From Sphaeroforma arctica JP610 (taxonomy: Eukaryota): 64,000 bases of DNA. Under the pieces are notes generated by a model. It did no database searches. It had not been told where the DNA came from and saw nothing but the letters and a program-made list of their open reading frames with translations. Made by a program: the position numbers and the translations under genes. Where the stretch lies: assembly GCF_001186125.1 (NCBI RefSeq), contig NW_014040531.1:36289-100288 (forward strand). The letters run 5' to 3'. This document shows, piece by piece, positions 1-13,483 of this stretch (position 1 is its first letter; each line of letters opens with the position of its first letter).

Positions 1-2067
1 TAATATTTCATATATCAACAGGTGTATATTGTATGTGTATACATAAGATTTAATCTGGACACGTAACAGGTCAATTGTTAACGGATGTCTGTATTTTCAC
101 TGATGCTCAAAATATCAAGGTTTGAATACGATGTATCAAAAGGGGAGAGATTATCAGATGGAGTTGTGCGATGGTATGCCTGTTTGAAATGTTTGCAAAA
201 AATCCTCGTCCTCATGTTTATGTATATACGAATCTATGGTGATTTCTTGGCGCTGATTAGGTACAATCCTTCTGAACTCGAAGTAAACTAAAACAGTCTG
301 TACAGTTGCTCATTGCTTTTTGCTCATGCCTGTCTCTCATTCAGCACTCTGTTGTGTTCGATCACGGCGAGGCGATGGCGGCATTGTATTGATTCAGTAC
401 TGTGTTGCTTAAAACTATATCGTATAAGTCACGCTTTCCCATCCGTTGCGGCCCATATGAGAAAATTGGACGCATCAGTTGTCTGTTGTCACTTGTAGGC
501 CTGTAGCCTTATCACTCGCAGGGCTTTGTCAATCGCTGCCTACAGGCGCAGGGCCCGGAGCCCCGTGCCCGGGATCCCATAAAGGTATCCTCTCTTTTGT
601 TTTAGTAAAAAAAAATAGTATTTCAGTAACAAAAGAGTGATTTATTTTTATTTCTGCATCCTCTGGCTACTCTCTCAATTCTGCTTCTCTATAAACAACA
701 ATACTGCATACACTATACTCTTTTTCTACACTCTAATTACACTACTCTCTCTACTAAAGTCTACAGGCTACACACTACAGCCTTATTTACACTCTATGTA
801 CAGTCTATTTACACTCGCACTCAACAGTCTATTTACACTCTAAATATAGTCACACAGACTCTACACAGCAGCATACACTGTATACACAGGGAGTTAAAGA
901 GACATGATCATGAGCTGGGGTCAACTCATGAATCCTGTGATGGACGCCATCAAGATGACCATGTTTTATTCTAATAAATTTGTTCGTCAGCGCCTATAAT
1001 CAGAGGTCAGAGGGTTATCAGAGAGTCAGAGGCAGCGGCCTCAGACTCAGAGGCTAAATACATTATACAAACCCAAAATATCAGTCATCACCAGTTCACA
1101 TAACAAAATTGAAAATACACCGCCTCCTTTGAGTCCTTTCACAGGTCTTCTTCAGAGTTCAGACTCCCCAGCGAGTGAGAGAGAGAGAGAGAGAGAGGGA
1201 CAACACTCACAACAGTCTCTGAACTTCTGAAGTCTGGCCTCTCTTATACAATTTATGTTTTTACCCCCCCCCCCCCCCCCCCCTTTCCCCACCTCGAGTT
1301 GAGAACTGAGAATGTCGGAGACTGAGAGAGAGAGCTGAAGCCAGAGAGCCTGAGACTCAGAGAGAGAGAGAGAGTCTGTGAAGTGAATTTAAAATACCGT
1401 CTATTTAGAAGGCGGTGAAAATACTCTGTTCTTATCATAGTTCTACAACTCTACACTCTACAGCTACTCACGCTCCCAGTGACCCAGTAGTATTATCTTT
1501 GAGAGACTCGGAGTCTCAAACATTCAAACACTCCAACTCTCACTCAGATGACTCGAGAGTCGAGAGAATCCCAAGATGATGGGGCGGGGGGAATAAACAG
1601 AAATGGCGATTGGTTGCGAAGGCATCGATCAGCTCTTGTTGCTGAATTATTTTGAATGCGATTCAATGTTTCTGCTCAGAGAACCAATGGGTTACGTAAC
1701 TCGTAGTCAAGCAATTTATAGTATATATTTTACTGGCGTGTATTTTTAAAGTATCTATTTTTGGAATGGCTTTTTAATTTAAAAAAACACTAACAAATAG
1801 TATTGGATGTCGACCCGAACCGCAACAGCAAGCTTCCGAGTTGCCACTTCAGAATGATTTTGCCCACTGTTTGCTGTGCCTCTACCGTTAAAGGCGTTCA
1901 GGCAACCAACTCCAGTCGTTTCCGTATAGTCTCGCACACAGCATTTCTTATGACTTCATATAAAATTCGCGAGTTATCGTTGAAAAACAACACTTCTGCC
2001 TACTAGACAGATAGAGAAGTTATTCGACCCCTCGACTAGATCAATAACGTTATTTTCCTTTTATAGG

Positions 2068-2100
2068 TGACACACAACTCGCTAGCAACTGGAACCTGAG
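2068..2100 (+). other. Probable non-coding 5' UTR exon of the Agd3-like gene
   Basis: A pyrimidine tract and TAG acceptor (ttttccttttatag) precede 2068, and GTACGT follows 2100. The first coding exon also has an upstream CAG acceptor near 3224. Confidence 0.4.
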
Positions 2101-2593
2101 GTACGTGTAATCGTGTTCAGGAATGTTAGACGAGTACTACATAACATTGCCCACACATTTGATCGCACATCGATATTTTTTCTTCTTCCATGAGAGCCAT
2201 CACTGTGCATCGCCAATCAGCTTGTAAGTGTCACAGAAGTTGTAAATACGATTTATGCTCAGACTCACACTGTAAATAGGATGTATATCGTTAGCACAGA
2301 GCCAACTGACCGTTTTATATGCACGTTCGCGAAAAATAACTTTGTGCTTAGGCTGAGTAAACATATCGAGATATAGCCACCGACGGTTTAAACATAAGTC
2401 TCCAGTGGCATCTCTCAGATTGTAGTGCGAGGTTTCGTGACATCTCTATAAAGGCAAGACTTGACATTTGATGGTTAGATTCTGTCGGATTAATGTTGGA
2501 CTGAAAGATTGGATTAGAGTTTACGACTCACAGAATTCGTTAAATCGAGACATTGATAGGCAGCAACTACTCCAGTATATAACATCCTTTTAC

Positions 2594-2815
2594 TAACCAA
2601 GATAGCGTGTCGCCTTATTCGATAGGTTTGGGTTCATTGTATATATATAGCTGTATGGTATAAGTAATGCCCTAATACAGTGTTAAAAGGATTGTGATGA
2701 CTAGCCAAGATAGCGTGTCGTCTAATTCGATAGGTTTGGGTCCACTGTATATATTGCTGGTGTTGATACTATGGTACAAGTAGTGCCCTAATACAGTGAG
2801 GAACGTTTGTGATGA
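2594..2815. repeat. Tandem duplication, about 107 bp x2
   Basis: ccaagatagcgtgtcg..attcgataggtttggg..cactgtatata...gccctaatacagtg occurs at about 2597 and about 2705. Confidence 0.85.
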
Positions 2816-3238
2816 AAAGAGTGAAATTTCTGTGAATGTATTGATTGATCTATCACATCAAAGCAAACAGTCGCCACGTATATGAGAACGTACATATTGA
2901 ACAGAAAAGTGTATTGTGTTAAATCTTGATGACTTCGCTGCCTTGTCAAACTTCATCATGTCTGCATTGTCCTATTTTGAATGTATAAGTGCTGTTATTC
3001 TCACACGACGAGCACCACAGGTTTAAATATTGAGGTGGTTATAAAAATACATTGCCGAAATTTGCATGCAAGGATCAAAAAACGCAAGAGGATGTTTTGT
3101 TTAGAACCAAATATCAGAAAAGCCGAACAGTACATCAGTCTGTGCGGCATGAATACTTGAGCGCTTCTAGGGCACTCGTTAAATATATAACAACCATACT
3201 TTTACAAAACCGACTACTTCGCAGATTTCTACGGCAAA

Positions 3239-6200
3239 ATGTTGAGATCTTTCTTAACGGCCGCAATAGGTCTATCGGCCATCGGCAGCTTAGCTGTCGT
3301 ATCAGCTGCACAGCCAGCGAACGGTATGTTGTTTAGTGGTTTATGTATGCATGTATGTCCGGTTGTGTGGGAATAAAGTGAGCGTATGAGTGTTTGTCTT
3401 TTGCTTTCAAATGTAACTCTTATATTGTAAGCTTTGATGCACACGAAAATATTCGCGCACAGATACACAGTGTACAAATACGCGTATAACTATAGTAAGG
3501 GATTCGCCAACATTTACACGCGAGTCTTGTTAAGTGCTGTGTTCACGCATGTCAATGATATTTGATAGACATGAAGTGTTTACAAAATCATAGTGCACAC
3601 ACGGCCCTGTTAGCCCTGTTAGGTACATATTCAAGGCGTGGCAGGTATGGACCATACGCACATCCACTAAGCAATCAAAAGCGAGCCGACTCAGCTCACT
3701 GCAAACAAATTGGTGTATTTGAACGAAATGACTGACATGAAGTGGGGAAGTGCTAATAGCGTACACTAGGCAGGGCCTTAATACAATTTTTTTGAAGGAA
3801 AGGATAGTGTGCCAATTAGTGGAGTGAGGGTGTAAGTACTCGTATACTATACTACCGTGCGCGACCTTGTGCCGTTTATTAGCTTTTAATAGCTTTACCT
3901 GTAGCATTTTCTCTCGATAGACTGACATGTGCGTTGACAGATCGTTTTCAATTCGCAGACCTTCATTGAAACCCCTAATGTTTCTTATCTTTCTCAATCC
4001 CTTAAATCCCCACAGTACTGAGTATGTGTGGCGCAGACTATGCGACGTTGTTCGACACCGACTTCAACGCAGTTTCCGCTAATACCAACTGCAACGACGC
4101 ATACGTTGAGATACCTGAGGGATGGGAAATAGCCGCCGCAGACGATCTGAATGTGCCTTTTATCCTCGGGAAAACGGTGCGTGGCACACTGACATGTAAA
4201 ACGTACAAGTACAACTAGTGGTCATATTGAGATCTACAAGCGAATGATTCTGGGTTTCTATCTACATTCTCCTATTCATGTGACTGTTGTATTGTATATA
4301 TCGGCGGGTATCTTTGTTTAATACGTGAGATGATGTTCCCGTTGCTGTTGTGCACAAATAGGCAGGTTAGCACGAGCTACTCCGTCTGTCGGCGGACAGA
4401 ATAGAGTGCGGTGATGACTAACACTACCCCCAAAATAAATTGGTCGTCATCAAATACAGTCTTCCTTTGGAGTGGATGCTCTGGTTCTAGCCGATGGTCA
4501 TGCCTATCATCATGACAACAAGGGTGTGGCCAAGTTGGACGCTATCCACATTCAGGATAACACAGTGAAGGTTGTATCGTGTGCCACTTCCACTGCAGTT
4601 CTGATTCGAAAGGTGACAGCTAAAGCGACACAGACAGACTACACGATTAGGTAAGCGTATCTGTCCGCCATATATATCGCATAGTAAGGTGGGGTCACCA
4701 CAGCAAGATATCGAAGCTAACTATTTATGTGCGGTTGTTCGTAGGTGTAGGAGCCCACGAATATAACAAATTAACCACATATCATATACTCTGCCCAATA
4801 TGGAGTACACAATGGATAGTGTATAAGGCAACACTTGAACCAGCAATATAAAAGTGGCTCGTACCACCCTACCAACGACGATTAATTCGACCATAGGCAA
4901 ACACAGCGTAATTGAAGGCTGCTCTAAAAGCGTTTTCCCCTTAAACACGAACGCTCGCATCTGCCAACCAAGATTTTTTGGTTTATAACGACACACCAAC
5001 TTGATGATGACAAGAAAATATACAGAACAAAACGATGCAGACTGCCCTGGGTGAGAAATTGTAAAAGTCATATATATCTAAGCAGATAGCGACGTATGAA
5101 GCAGTACATTTGCACATTTCTCGCAGTATGGTAAACCACTGGAAATCTCTTTCAAACTAGGAGCTTTAACACACAGAAATAGTTCTTTACGTCTGAGGCC
5201 GGAACCTTGATTAACCGTGTTTTACACATCTACAGAATGAGAACTCTCATCCTCTCCACCAACGAGGCTGTGCATCAGTCGGTCATCAACATCTACCTGG
5301 GCTTTGGTGCCCCGTACACACTAGTTGACTTGCACGAGAACTCGTTACCCGCCATGCAGGACAGCACTGGTATGCTTATCACCTGTGATTTGAATTGGCA
5401 CTCGTCGCATACGGTCGCGCACTTGTGTGAATTATGGCATATGTGATTTCATGCTCGAAGGACTATCATTGGTACTTTGCATGTTCATCTATCTTTGTTG
5501 ACCAGGATCTAAAAAATCTCAATCTCAATATTTAAAACCGAAATTGATGCAGGACCGTTGTTCAATGCCATTGTGCTGACTTCCGCTGAGCTGATGATGG
5601 CAGGCGACAACGCCGGAGAGTATATGCCTGCACTAGACGGTGAGGGATGGTCACAGCTGTACGAGTACGCCGAGACGTATAATGTGCGCATCACTGTGAT
5701 GCACACCACCCAGAACGCCGACACTGCGCTGCTTGGCACAGGTAATTGTGTGCCAGATATGATTGGTGTTTGGGTCTCAGGTGATCAGTTGTTTATCATA
5801 CATCGCATGCATAGAGTGGACTGGTTTTCCACGTGCGGATAAACCATTTTCATGCTATCCCTGAAGTGCATTTGCCTAGAATAGTTTTGCACTTCAACTG
5901 CCAGCCGTTTGCAGTATGTTGTCGTCAAGGCAACAACCACTTACACAGTGCACTATCTATGTTAACGGTTGCATCCAGAAACTTCTAAAACCATTAACCC
6001 ATTAACTCACGCAATGATCACAGGGGAAGGCACAAGTGATGCACAAGTCATTGAGTGGCTGGACAACCCCATGTCACTGTCTCTTAATGACTCTGTGCCC
6101 CTGACTGCAAAGTTGCCACTCGGCCAAGGTAAGACATTTGTGTGTTGTGGACCAATACTGCAGTTTCAGTTCTTAAGATGTCGCTGTTGTCCTGTACCTT

Positions 6201-9200
6201 TGGATCGAGAAGGTGACGATTGTTATGCATGCGGCGCTTACATTCAAATATGGTCTTTGTTGACTGCTGACTCTAGCAGCGAAAAGGAGACGGATTTCAA
6301 CCATCAGTAAACATATATCAGTAAAATATTCATAAACGTATAGCCAAATAGTTATTTGAAGCCTGAACTCAATGTAAATTGATTCCATATCATAGGCGAG
6401 AGTTGGGTCTATCCCGTCAAAATTAGTTCCGGGTCACGCCACATCCTGCCCTTCATGAAGTTCCAGGGTGATACTGGAGTCGCAGGTTTTATTCGCCAGT
6501 GCTACAATCGAGATGTAAGTGGCGTTATATACCCCACCGCAGTCCTGAGATGACAAGTAAAAGTGCTTTAAAACGCCTATATATTCAATATAAATGACAG
6601 TACATAGCATGCACACTTACATACAATGTATATCAGCTTGACAAAACTGTTGCCGAGTATTTTGTGAGGCGATCTAAGATCGCTGAACTGCACATTTGAC
6701 GTCTTTACACTTACCACTGTTGGTTTCCTTGCATCACAGCATGTGTCAAGAAAACTGGATAACACCAAAGAAAGAACGGCGGGAACAATACCAAACACAT
6801 TCTGTAGACTTCTTATCTTTACCTGGGCCACTAACTACCACCACTCAACTAATCGCATTGCAACCTATCACAACCCGAACAGGAGATGCATTTCACCTTC
6901 GCTCCCAATCAGTTCTTCAACAGCACCTACGTGATTGGAGACGTATGGTTTCACTGGGTAAACAAGGGAGTATACCTTGGTCAGCGTCGTGTGCTACTAT
7001 CTCCTCAGGTCGACGATGTCTTCCTGGCCACCGAGTATTACAATATCGAGGCGAATCGTCAGGCTTTGGATGGAGAACCCATGCACAGAGCAAACGCAAC
7101 GGATATGATCATTCTCCGAGACTTTCAGAAGAAAGTCAATGCCGATAATCCGGGATGGGATATCAGGTTTGCAATTGCAGTTTTATGTTTCATACCCAGT
7201 ATAACTACAAGTGTACCTCGAGTCGTATAAGTTATACCAGCCCCTGATGCATTTGTGTGGTACTACAACATAAATTGAGCCTTTGTTTGTGTCGATTGTA
7301 GTGAATATCTTCATGTGAATGATCATCTGGTGTCTAGTAGATGAAGTCACTTTCTGTCGTAGACGTTTCGCTGATGCTTTGAATACGCTTCTTCAGATAT
7401 GAGTTGGCCATAAATGGACAAGGATGGGGAGAGTTTGCGACTTTCAACGGGGACCTTGACGTTCCCTTGGACAACATGAACGACAATCTCCTAGAGTATC
7501 GTGATGGTAAGTGGGTTTTACAACTCGAATGATCTGGTGCATAAATAGAACCAAAAATGTAGAAGCTAAGTACTTCCATATTGCTGAACTGTACACATTG
7601 ACCGAAACGGGCAGTGGTTTGACAAATAGTGTTTCTACTGCGCCCAGCATGAGTGGTTTAGTTCATTGACCTATGACTTGTTGCAATGGTCTCGTCATTC
7701 TGTCATGTCGCATGTTGTTCTACGAAATGGCGCACATATCATAGTTTTACAGGCCTTCAAGAATTTTGCCACCAGTGGCCGTAAATATGCCATCTAAGTA
7801 TTCTGTACGTATGGACATTGTCTAGATATATACCGTGTCCTATGAATGGGATAATCCTTCTATTCTTTTCCTGAATGAGACCTCTGCTAAGCTTCCTTCA
7901 TACTCGAACATTGTTTACCTCTATCAGATTTCTTCTGGGTGACACACACCTGGAGTCATATGGACTTGTACTGCATCGAAAGCAAGTGTGAAGAATTAGG
8001 ATATACACCATACAATGTGTCCTTCGAAGAATTGAATCTCAACGTCGAATTCGCGCAATCCACTCTGTTCACCGGGATCAAGGTATCCTCGTGAATCTAC
8101 TCCTACTTACATCACCCTGTCGCGGCAGTGTTGTGTTCGCATCAAAGTCAAATGCAAGCTGTACAAGCTATGTAATGTACATCCGCCTTATTGGCAGCAA
8201 AGACTATATGGTTTATTTTGCCTTGTTTTACCTGAAACTTTGTTTTATTCGTCCACTATGGTCGCTACAGTACAGCAACGGTACCGTAGGTGAGCGCCTG
8301 GTCGATCTAAACAACATCTGGAATTGGAGTCCCGAATCAATTGTGACTCCCCGTATATCGGGTTTGAACAGATCCGAATCAATCCAGGCCATGCTGGACT
8401 TTGGAATCAAGTATGCCAACATTTGAAAAATAAGTTTACCTTGAGCTTTATTGCAGCATATTGGTCGAGTAGCTAAACTTGTTTTGCCAGTTCCCTAAGG
8501 GTTTATTTCGCAAGTTAGCTCAAGGTGCATATTCTGACATACCTGGAAGTGCACCCAAGTAACACAATCGGCGATTTTTCGACTAGGTGGCTTCAATGCC
8601 CCTATAGAAAGCTTTAAAAAATGATTTCAACTAGCAAGATCATTTAGCTTTCGCCTACACAACATGGTGTATTTCATACTTACACTGAGTTGGCTATTAA
8701 TTCAGGACTGCTGTTGGAGACAATACACGAACGGACTTGCAGGCTCCCAATCCTTACCATACTTTCATGACCGAAGTTGGTATGTGCATTTGTATGATTG
8801 TGTATACTAAATTGGCTCTGGGTTGTTTTGTAGTGGGCATTATCAACCATCGTGGCTCTAAAAATACTTTATATCGCTGACCATCAAACCTCACTATTCA
8901 TCATATTTACATACCTAGGTGGTCTGACTACTAACGAGAAGATGCATGTAATTGCGAGATATGCCACACGTGTCTACTTTGATGTATCTCTTCCTGAAGA
9001 GAGCGTGGCTGAGTTCAACAGTTTCTACGGACCCCAGTATGCACATTCCATCTTGATTCAACATTTAAATATCTGAATTCCACTGAATGCGATATCCTTT
9101 TAGTTCCATCATTTTGTGAGTATCGACCTTTTCACTGTGATTCTCACAAAAGCAAAATATAATAATATTTAGGCAATCAATTACAGTGTTCTTTGTTTGG

Positions 9201-11583
9201 TTGTCTTCTATAGTACTCTGGTACCGCTCTAAAATAATGTGAAGTAGTGGCATACCAACACAGTTTTCTGACCGTTTATCAGCTGCTACGGTTGGAATGA
9301 AGAAGGTCCCATTGTATTCAAAGGTCGCAAGTGTAACACCACATCGTTCCGATACGATCGTGACTTAGAATTGAACGAAATCATGGATATCGAAGGCGCT
9401 TCGACGGCTCTGAATCTTTTCAAGGTAACATATATATTTATACACACACACACATATATATATATATATATTTAGCCAAAAATTAGGTGCCTGCAAAACT
9501 TTCAGAAATTCGAGATTGGAACCACAACCAATTACGACCATGCTTCACACTACATTGTGCCTCAATCACTCAAAATTGAATCAGTGTAGATCAATCAAGT
9601 CTCTGAATCACACTAAATATCACATGTTTCGTCACGGCACCTCTATTTAAATCATCCGTACTGAAACACGCGCATCCTTTTACATAATGCCATACCAGAA
9701 ACGTGCGGATCCCTACATGTTCCATCAAGCGAACATGAAGGCCTTCTGGTGGGATGGAGAGCACCAGTCTCTGCTCTCAATGTGGACCAAGCACGTCATC
9801 AAGTCTTACAGAGAATTCAGTAACCTGCCTGTAATCACTATGAAGGTGTGATTCTACTTTGCTTGTTGTGTGTAGTGTACTTCAATATGTGACGCTTGCA
9901 ACGAGGAATAGTGGGACTTTGCGACTGTGCTGTGTGGTATCCTGCCGCGCTCCTGTCGAGTAATAGCGATCACTAGATGTCGAGTTTTAGATCACAATTC
10001 CTCGCATGATTATATATAAAAATCTATTCAGAATCTCGCCAAGTAAGACGTTTGACTCCACTAGGACGTGCACATTGCTGATAGCAACAATCACATCCCC
10101 TATCACCTGTGGACAACAATACCTTTACAGATGGACGATCTTAGAAAGCATTACGACGAAAGAGCTGCGCGTGATAACTGTGGCATAGACGCACGTCAAA
10201 TCCACAAGTCTGGCTCTGCGACTGTAGGTCTAAGAGTGCGTACATCAAACGCGTGCAAGGTTAAACTTAGTCGATCAACCGGTGCAACTATGCAGTTCGG
10301 GACAAGTAGGAGACGAGCCACAGAGACGGTATGCCAGTTTTGGTTTTGTTGTTAAGCGGGATATTAGAATACCGTGGAGTAGTCTCAGCTTGATACACAT
10401 AAGTAGATCTGGCATTGTGAGTGGAATGCTTCGTGTGGCATTCTAATATCTATAGGATACGTCGCATTCACCCATATTTTGCACACCCACTCGTTTGTGT
10501 AGGATGGCTATGGCTTCGATGAGACACTGAGTATAGACTCATCTGCCGCCGGTGCTGACCAAACTGTGGAGGTACCGTCTTGCGGCAGTCGTTGCGACCC
10601 GTACCCGCAATCTCGTGCCGCCACACCCGTAGACGACGCCGAGTTCGTAAGTTATCTGGACGTATCTGTGCACAAATACAAACTCGATGGACACCTTGCA
10701 GTGTGTTGATACGTGTTCTCTGCTGATTCCAAATGGATAGATCAAGTGTAAACTCTACGTAATGTAAAAAAACAATCGCTCATCAAGTCGGACACATCGC
10801 TATCACGCATGCCACTATATGCAATATTCGCAACCTCGTATCAAACTTGCAATTTCTACTCAAAGGTGATAACTTCTCACCAATATGTACGCACTCGCCT
10901 AATAATCCGGTACGTTCGCTCCACACGATAGACTGTTCCCGACAGCCAAATGGATGACTTCTACACCACTGAAGAACCGGTTGAACAAGGGCCTGTACCC
11001 ACGGACTTCGACCCAGCTGGATCCCCCTACCCTTCTATTGTCGGCGAGGACGCAAATGTAAGTGTTTTATTCCCGACACTTATTCGTACGGTAGCTGATA
11101 TCTCGTTCATATACAGAGTATCCCTATCATTTTTGTATGTCTTCCGTGGTTGAATAGCCGTTCCATCCTCAAATAGTAAGACAAGGTCACTACAGACGTC
11201 AATTCGAAAATGACTCTTGATAAGATGTGGGTTTGAACCCCGTGTTTGCATTCGAGCTGCAACTATACACGAGTGATCATTAGTTTACCCTCCTCATCTT
11301 TGGTAACCCTTCATCAAGCGCACTCGAATCTTTGCTGCGCAAGCAGACACGAACGCGTACTCAAACGGCAAATTTAAATACATGATCTCAGCGGAAGTCT
11401 GATAGCGGAGTACCCGCGTGGGCCATTGGGGTGGCTGTGGCGGGCGCCATCTTTTGCTTTGGACTGTTTGTAGCCATCATCGTCATTTGCAAACGTAAAC
11501 GCGACCGACAGAAAAAGCTTGCCGCCAAGCAACTCGCCGTTAACCGATACGAAACTACTCAACCCAGTGTTTCTTCTTGTTGA
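3239..11583 (+). CDS. Agd3-like (CE18) polysaccharide deacetylase with signal peptide, extra N-terminal domain and C-terminal transmembrane helix; 19 coding exons, about 937 aa
   Basis: Hand-spliced GT-AG exons with consistent phases: 3239-3323, 4016-4176, 4460-4650, 5236-5369, 5553-5741, 6024-6128, 6396-6514, 6883-7166, 7397-7506, 7928-8082, 8271-8410, 8706-8779, 8919-9036, 9283-9424, 9699-9845, 10131-10328, 10503-10646, 10932-11057, 11392-11583 (2814 nt, open). Signal peptide MLRSFLTAAIGLSAIGSLAVVSA. Agd3-type motifs GQRRVLLSPQVDDVFL, ELAINGQG, WVTHTWSH, SPESIVTPRISGL, AVGDNTR, RYATRVYF, DPYMFHQAN. TM VPAWAIGVAVAGAIFCFGLFVAIIVIC followed by KRKR. Confidence 0.88.
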
Positions 11584-12399
11584 GTGGAGAATATGTTGTC
11601 AAATTACATCTTTGGAATGTGTTTATAGGTCTATACAACATTTTGTATGTACAGCATATAACTAAATGCAACAAAGCTGAGGCATCGGACATCACAAGCT
11701 GATGTAATAATATTAGAAATTGCTCAAAAGCTCAGTCATATAGCACTCACCGCCCCACACTTTACTACATAACTATTTCAAACGAACACACCAAACTATC
11801 ACAATTTGGAATAAAGGAAAACATAAACATAATTGAAGGTCGTATCTGGACTTGGATGCTATTCTAGGAAGTCTTCTGTAGAAATTAACATTAGGGCCTT
11901 AGTAAATAAACTATTCAATCAAAGCAGTAAATTGAGTATGCTGACGTCTTTTTCGTTCCGGGGTTTGACTTCGGCTGGTCTCAATCGGAGTGCTCAAATG
12001 TAAATATCACGAAATATTACACAATTTACTAAAAGTACTAAAGTATTATCCGGACCCGAGGTCAGCTTCTTGAACAGACTGGTGAAATAAAAGGTACAAC
12101 TTGTTCTTTTCAGTACAAGTCTTTCGGCCACTTCCCTCTGGTCCTACAGTCGAATTTGGGGATTTAGTGTTTTTGTAGCATAAAGAGAACCAAATCAAAA
12201 ACAAATACAAATAGTAGATGCAAGAAGGAATGCACACAATCTGTTCTCTTTTAGAAATACTCCGCCTCCCCTGTAAAACTTTCAAAAGCTGACCCACTGA
12301 TACGGGTGATGAGACATCGCCGCAATAAAACGGGAATCGATCTTAATAATAAACGTTTATAACTGTTCAGCTAGACTCCTTCCTGTCACTTTATCTTTT

Positions 12400-12640
12400 T
12401 ACTTCTGGATGAGCTTTTTTGACAAGATGAATTTATCATAACACGTTTTCTCAAACAACCGACGCGGCGAATAGTCAACAACTCGGAGATAAGGTTCATT
12501 CTGGCTGTCTTTGTAATGCAAACGTAGAAACATGTTGTTGGCTCACAGGTACGAGAATTGTATGTATAGGTGTACAAGAATTACAATTTGTAGTCGTATC
12601 CCTAGTATTTCCAATGTGGAACGACATGAGTGAACAGCCT
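12400..12640 (-). pseudogene. Paralog fragment: intron 3' end plus exon 2 homolog
   Basis: DNA similarity to 16950-17142 (gctcacaggt, ttccaat..aacgacatg). After the acaaag acceptor it reads SQNEPYLRVVDYSPRRLFEK, compared with SQNGSFLRVADNQGGWLFGK. Confidence 0.6.
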
Positions 12641-13483
12641 ATCTGCATGATTCACGAACGACTGTTGAGCACGTTGCTTCAGTAATCATGAAATTATTAA
12701 TCACTCTGGTCAATGCATTCTCCCAAAAAACTACAGTTTCATGGCTCCCCCAGTTTTCTTCGCGGGGTGGTCGCTGGAACTACAGTCTGGGCATCTGACC
12801 CCATCTCTACCCTGAATAGTATTGGTTAGTATTTAAGGTATAATATATGTTTCATGAACACTCATTAACGGCAAATGCTTTTTGGGTTCTCAAAGACAAT
12901 TAATTATTTGTTATAAGCCAATACTTTGGGAGCCACAGGTTTGCGCTCCTTTCCAATCGAGTGATTTTACATTCGCGACCGCTCTGCGCCGACCTGTTCG
13001 ACCACTGATATATTTGCGCAATACTTTCCTCTCCATATCTTGGGATGATACAACCCATTTATTCAAAGTGCGGCTGTAGATATAGGTCCAGCGAAATGGC
13101 GACATTAGAAACAGGCGCAACTCGCTGAGCGGATTTTTTTTCCAGAAGCGTTGAATTCACGCACCAGTAAAAAGTGTTCATGTTCAAAACTTCTTTCGCA
13201 GACCACTTAAAATGGCCCCGCATAGTCTGAGAATCGGATCACATGTCTCTGATCACGGCCCCATACGATGTGACGAACATGCATCCCCTTACTTTTTATA
13301 TAATTCAGATGGCTGCTTATAATACCCTCGTAGCCTCCCGATTCGGTAAACCCGGATTTGAATGCAACAAACCACTCCCCGCTGGGACCTAAATGTCATT
13401 CTCGTATTCTCGAAGATTGTGCATTAGTCTGTTAGGAAAGTCACCGTGACCACCCCACGCAAGGCCTTTAGTCTTATTACACC

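Noticed and set aside
3530..3997. 155 aa antisense ORF in the first coding intron of the Agd3-like gene
   Set aside because: Non-ATG start, no recognisable motifs and no splice support.
6740..6790. Possible extra Agd3-like exon after the CAG at 6739
   Set aside because: Exon 6396-6514 splices in frame directly to 6883, so no extra exon is needed.
11215..11260. tRNA-like B-box (GGGTTCAAACCC on the minus strand)
   Set aside because: No acceptor or anticodon stems could be built; at most a SINE trace.
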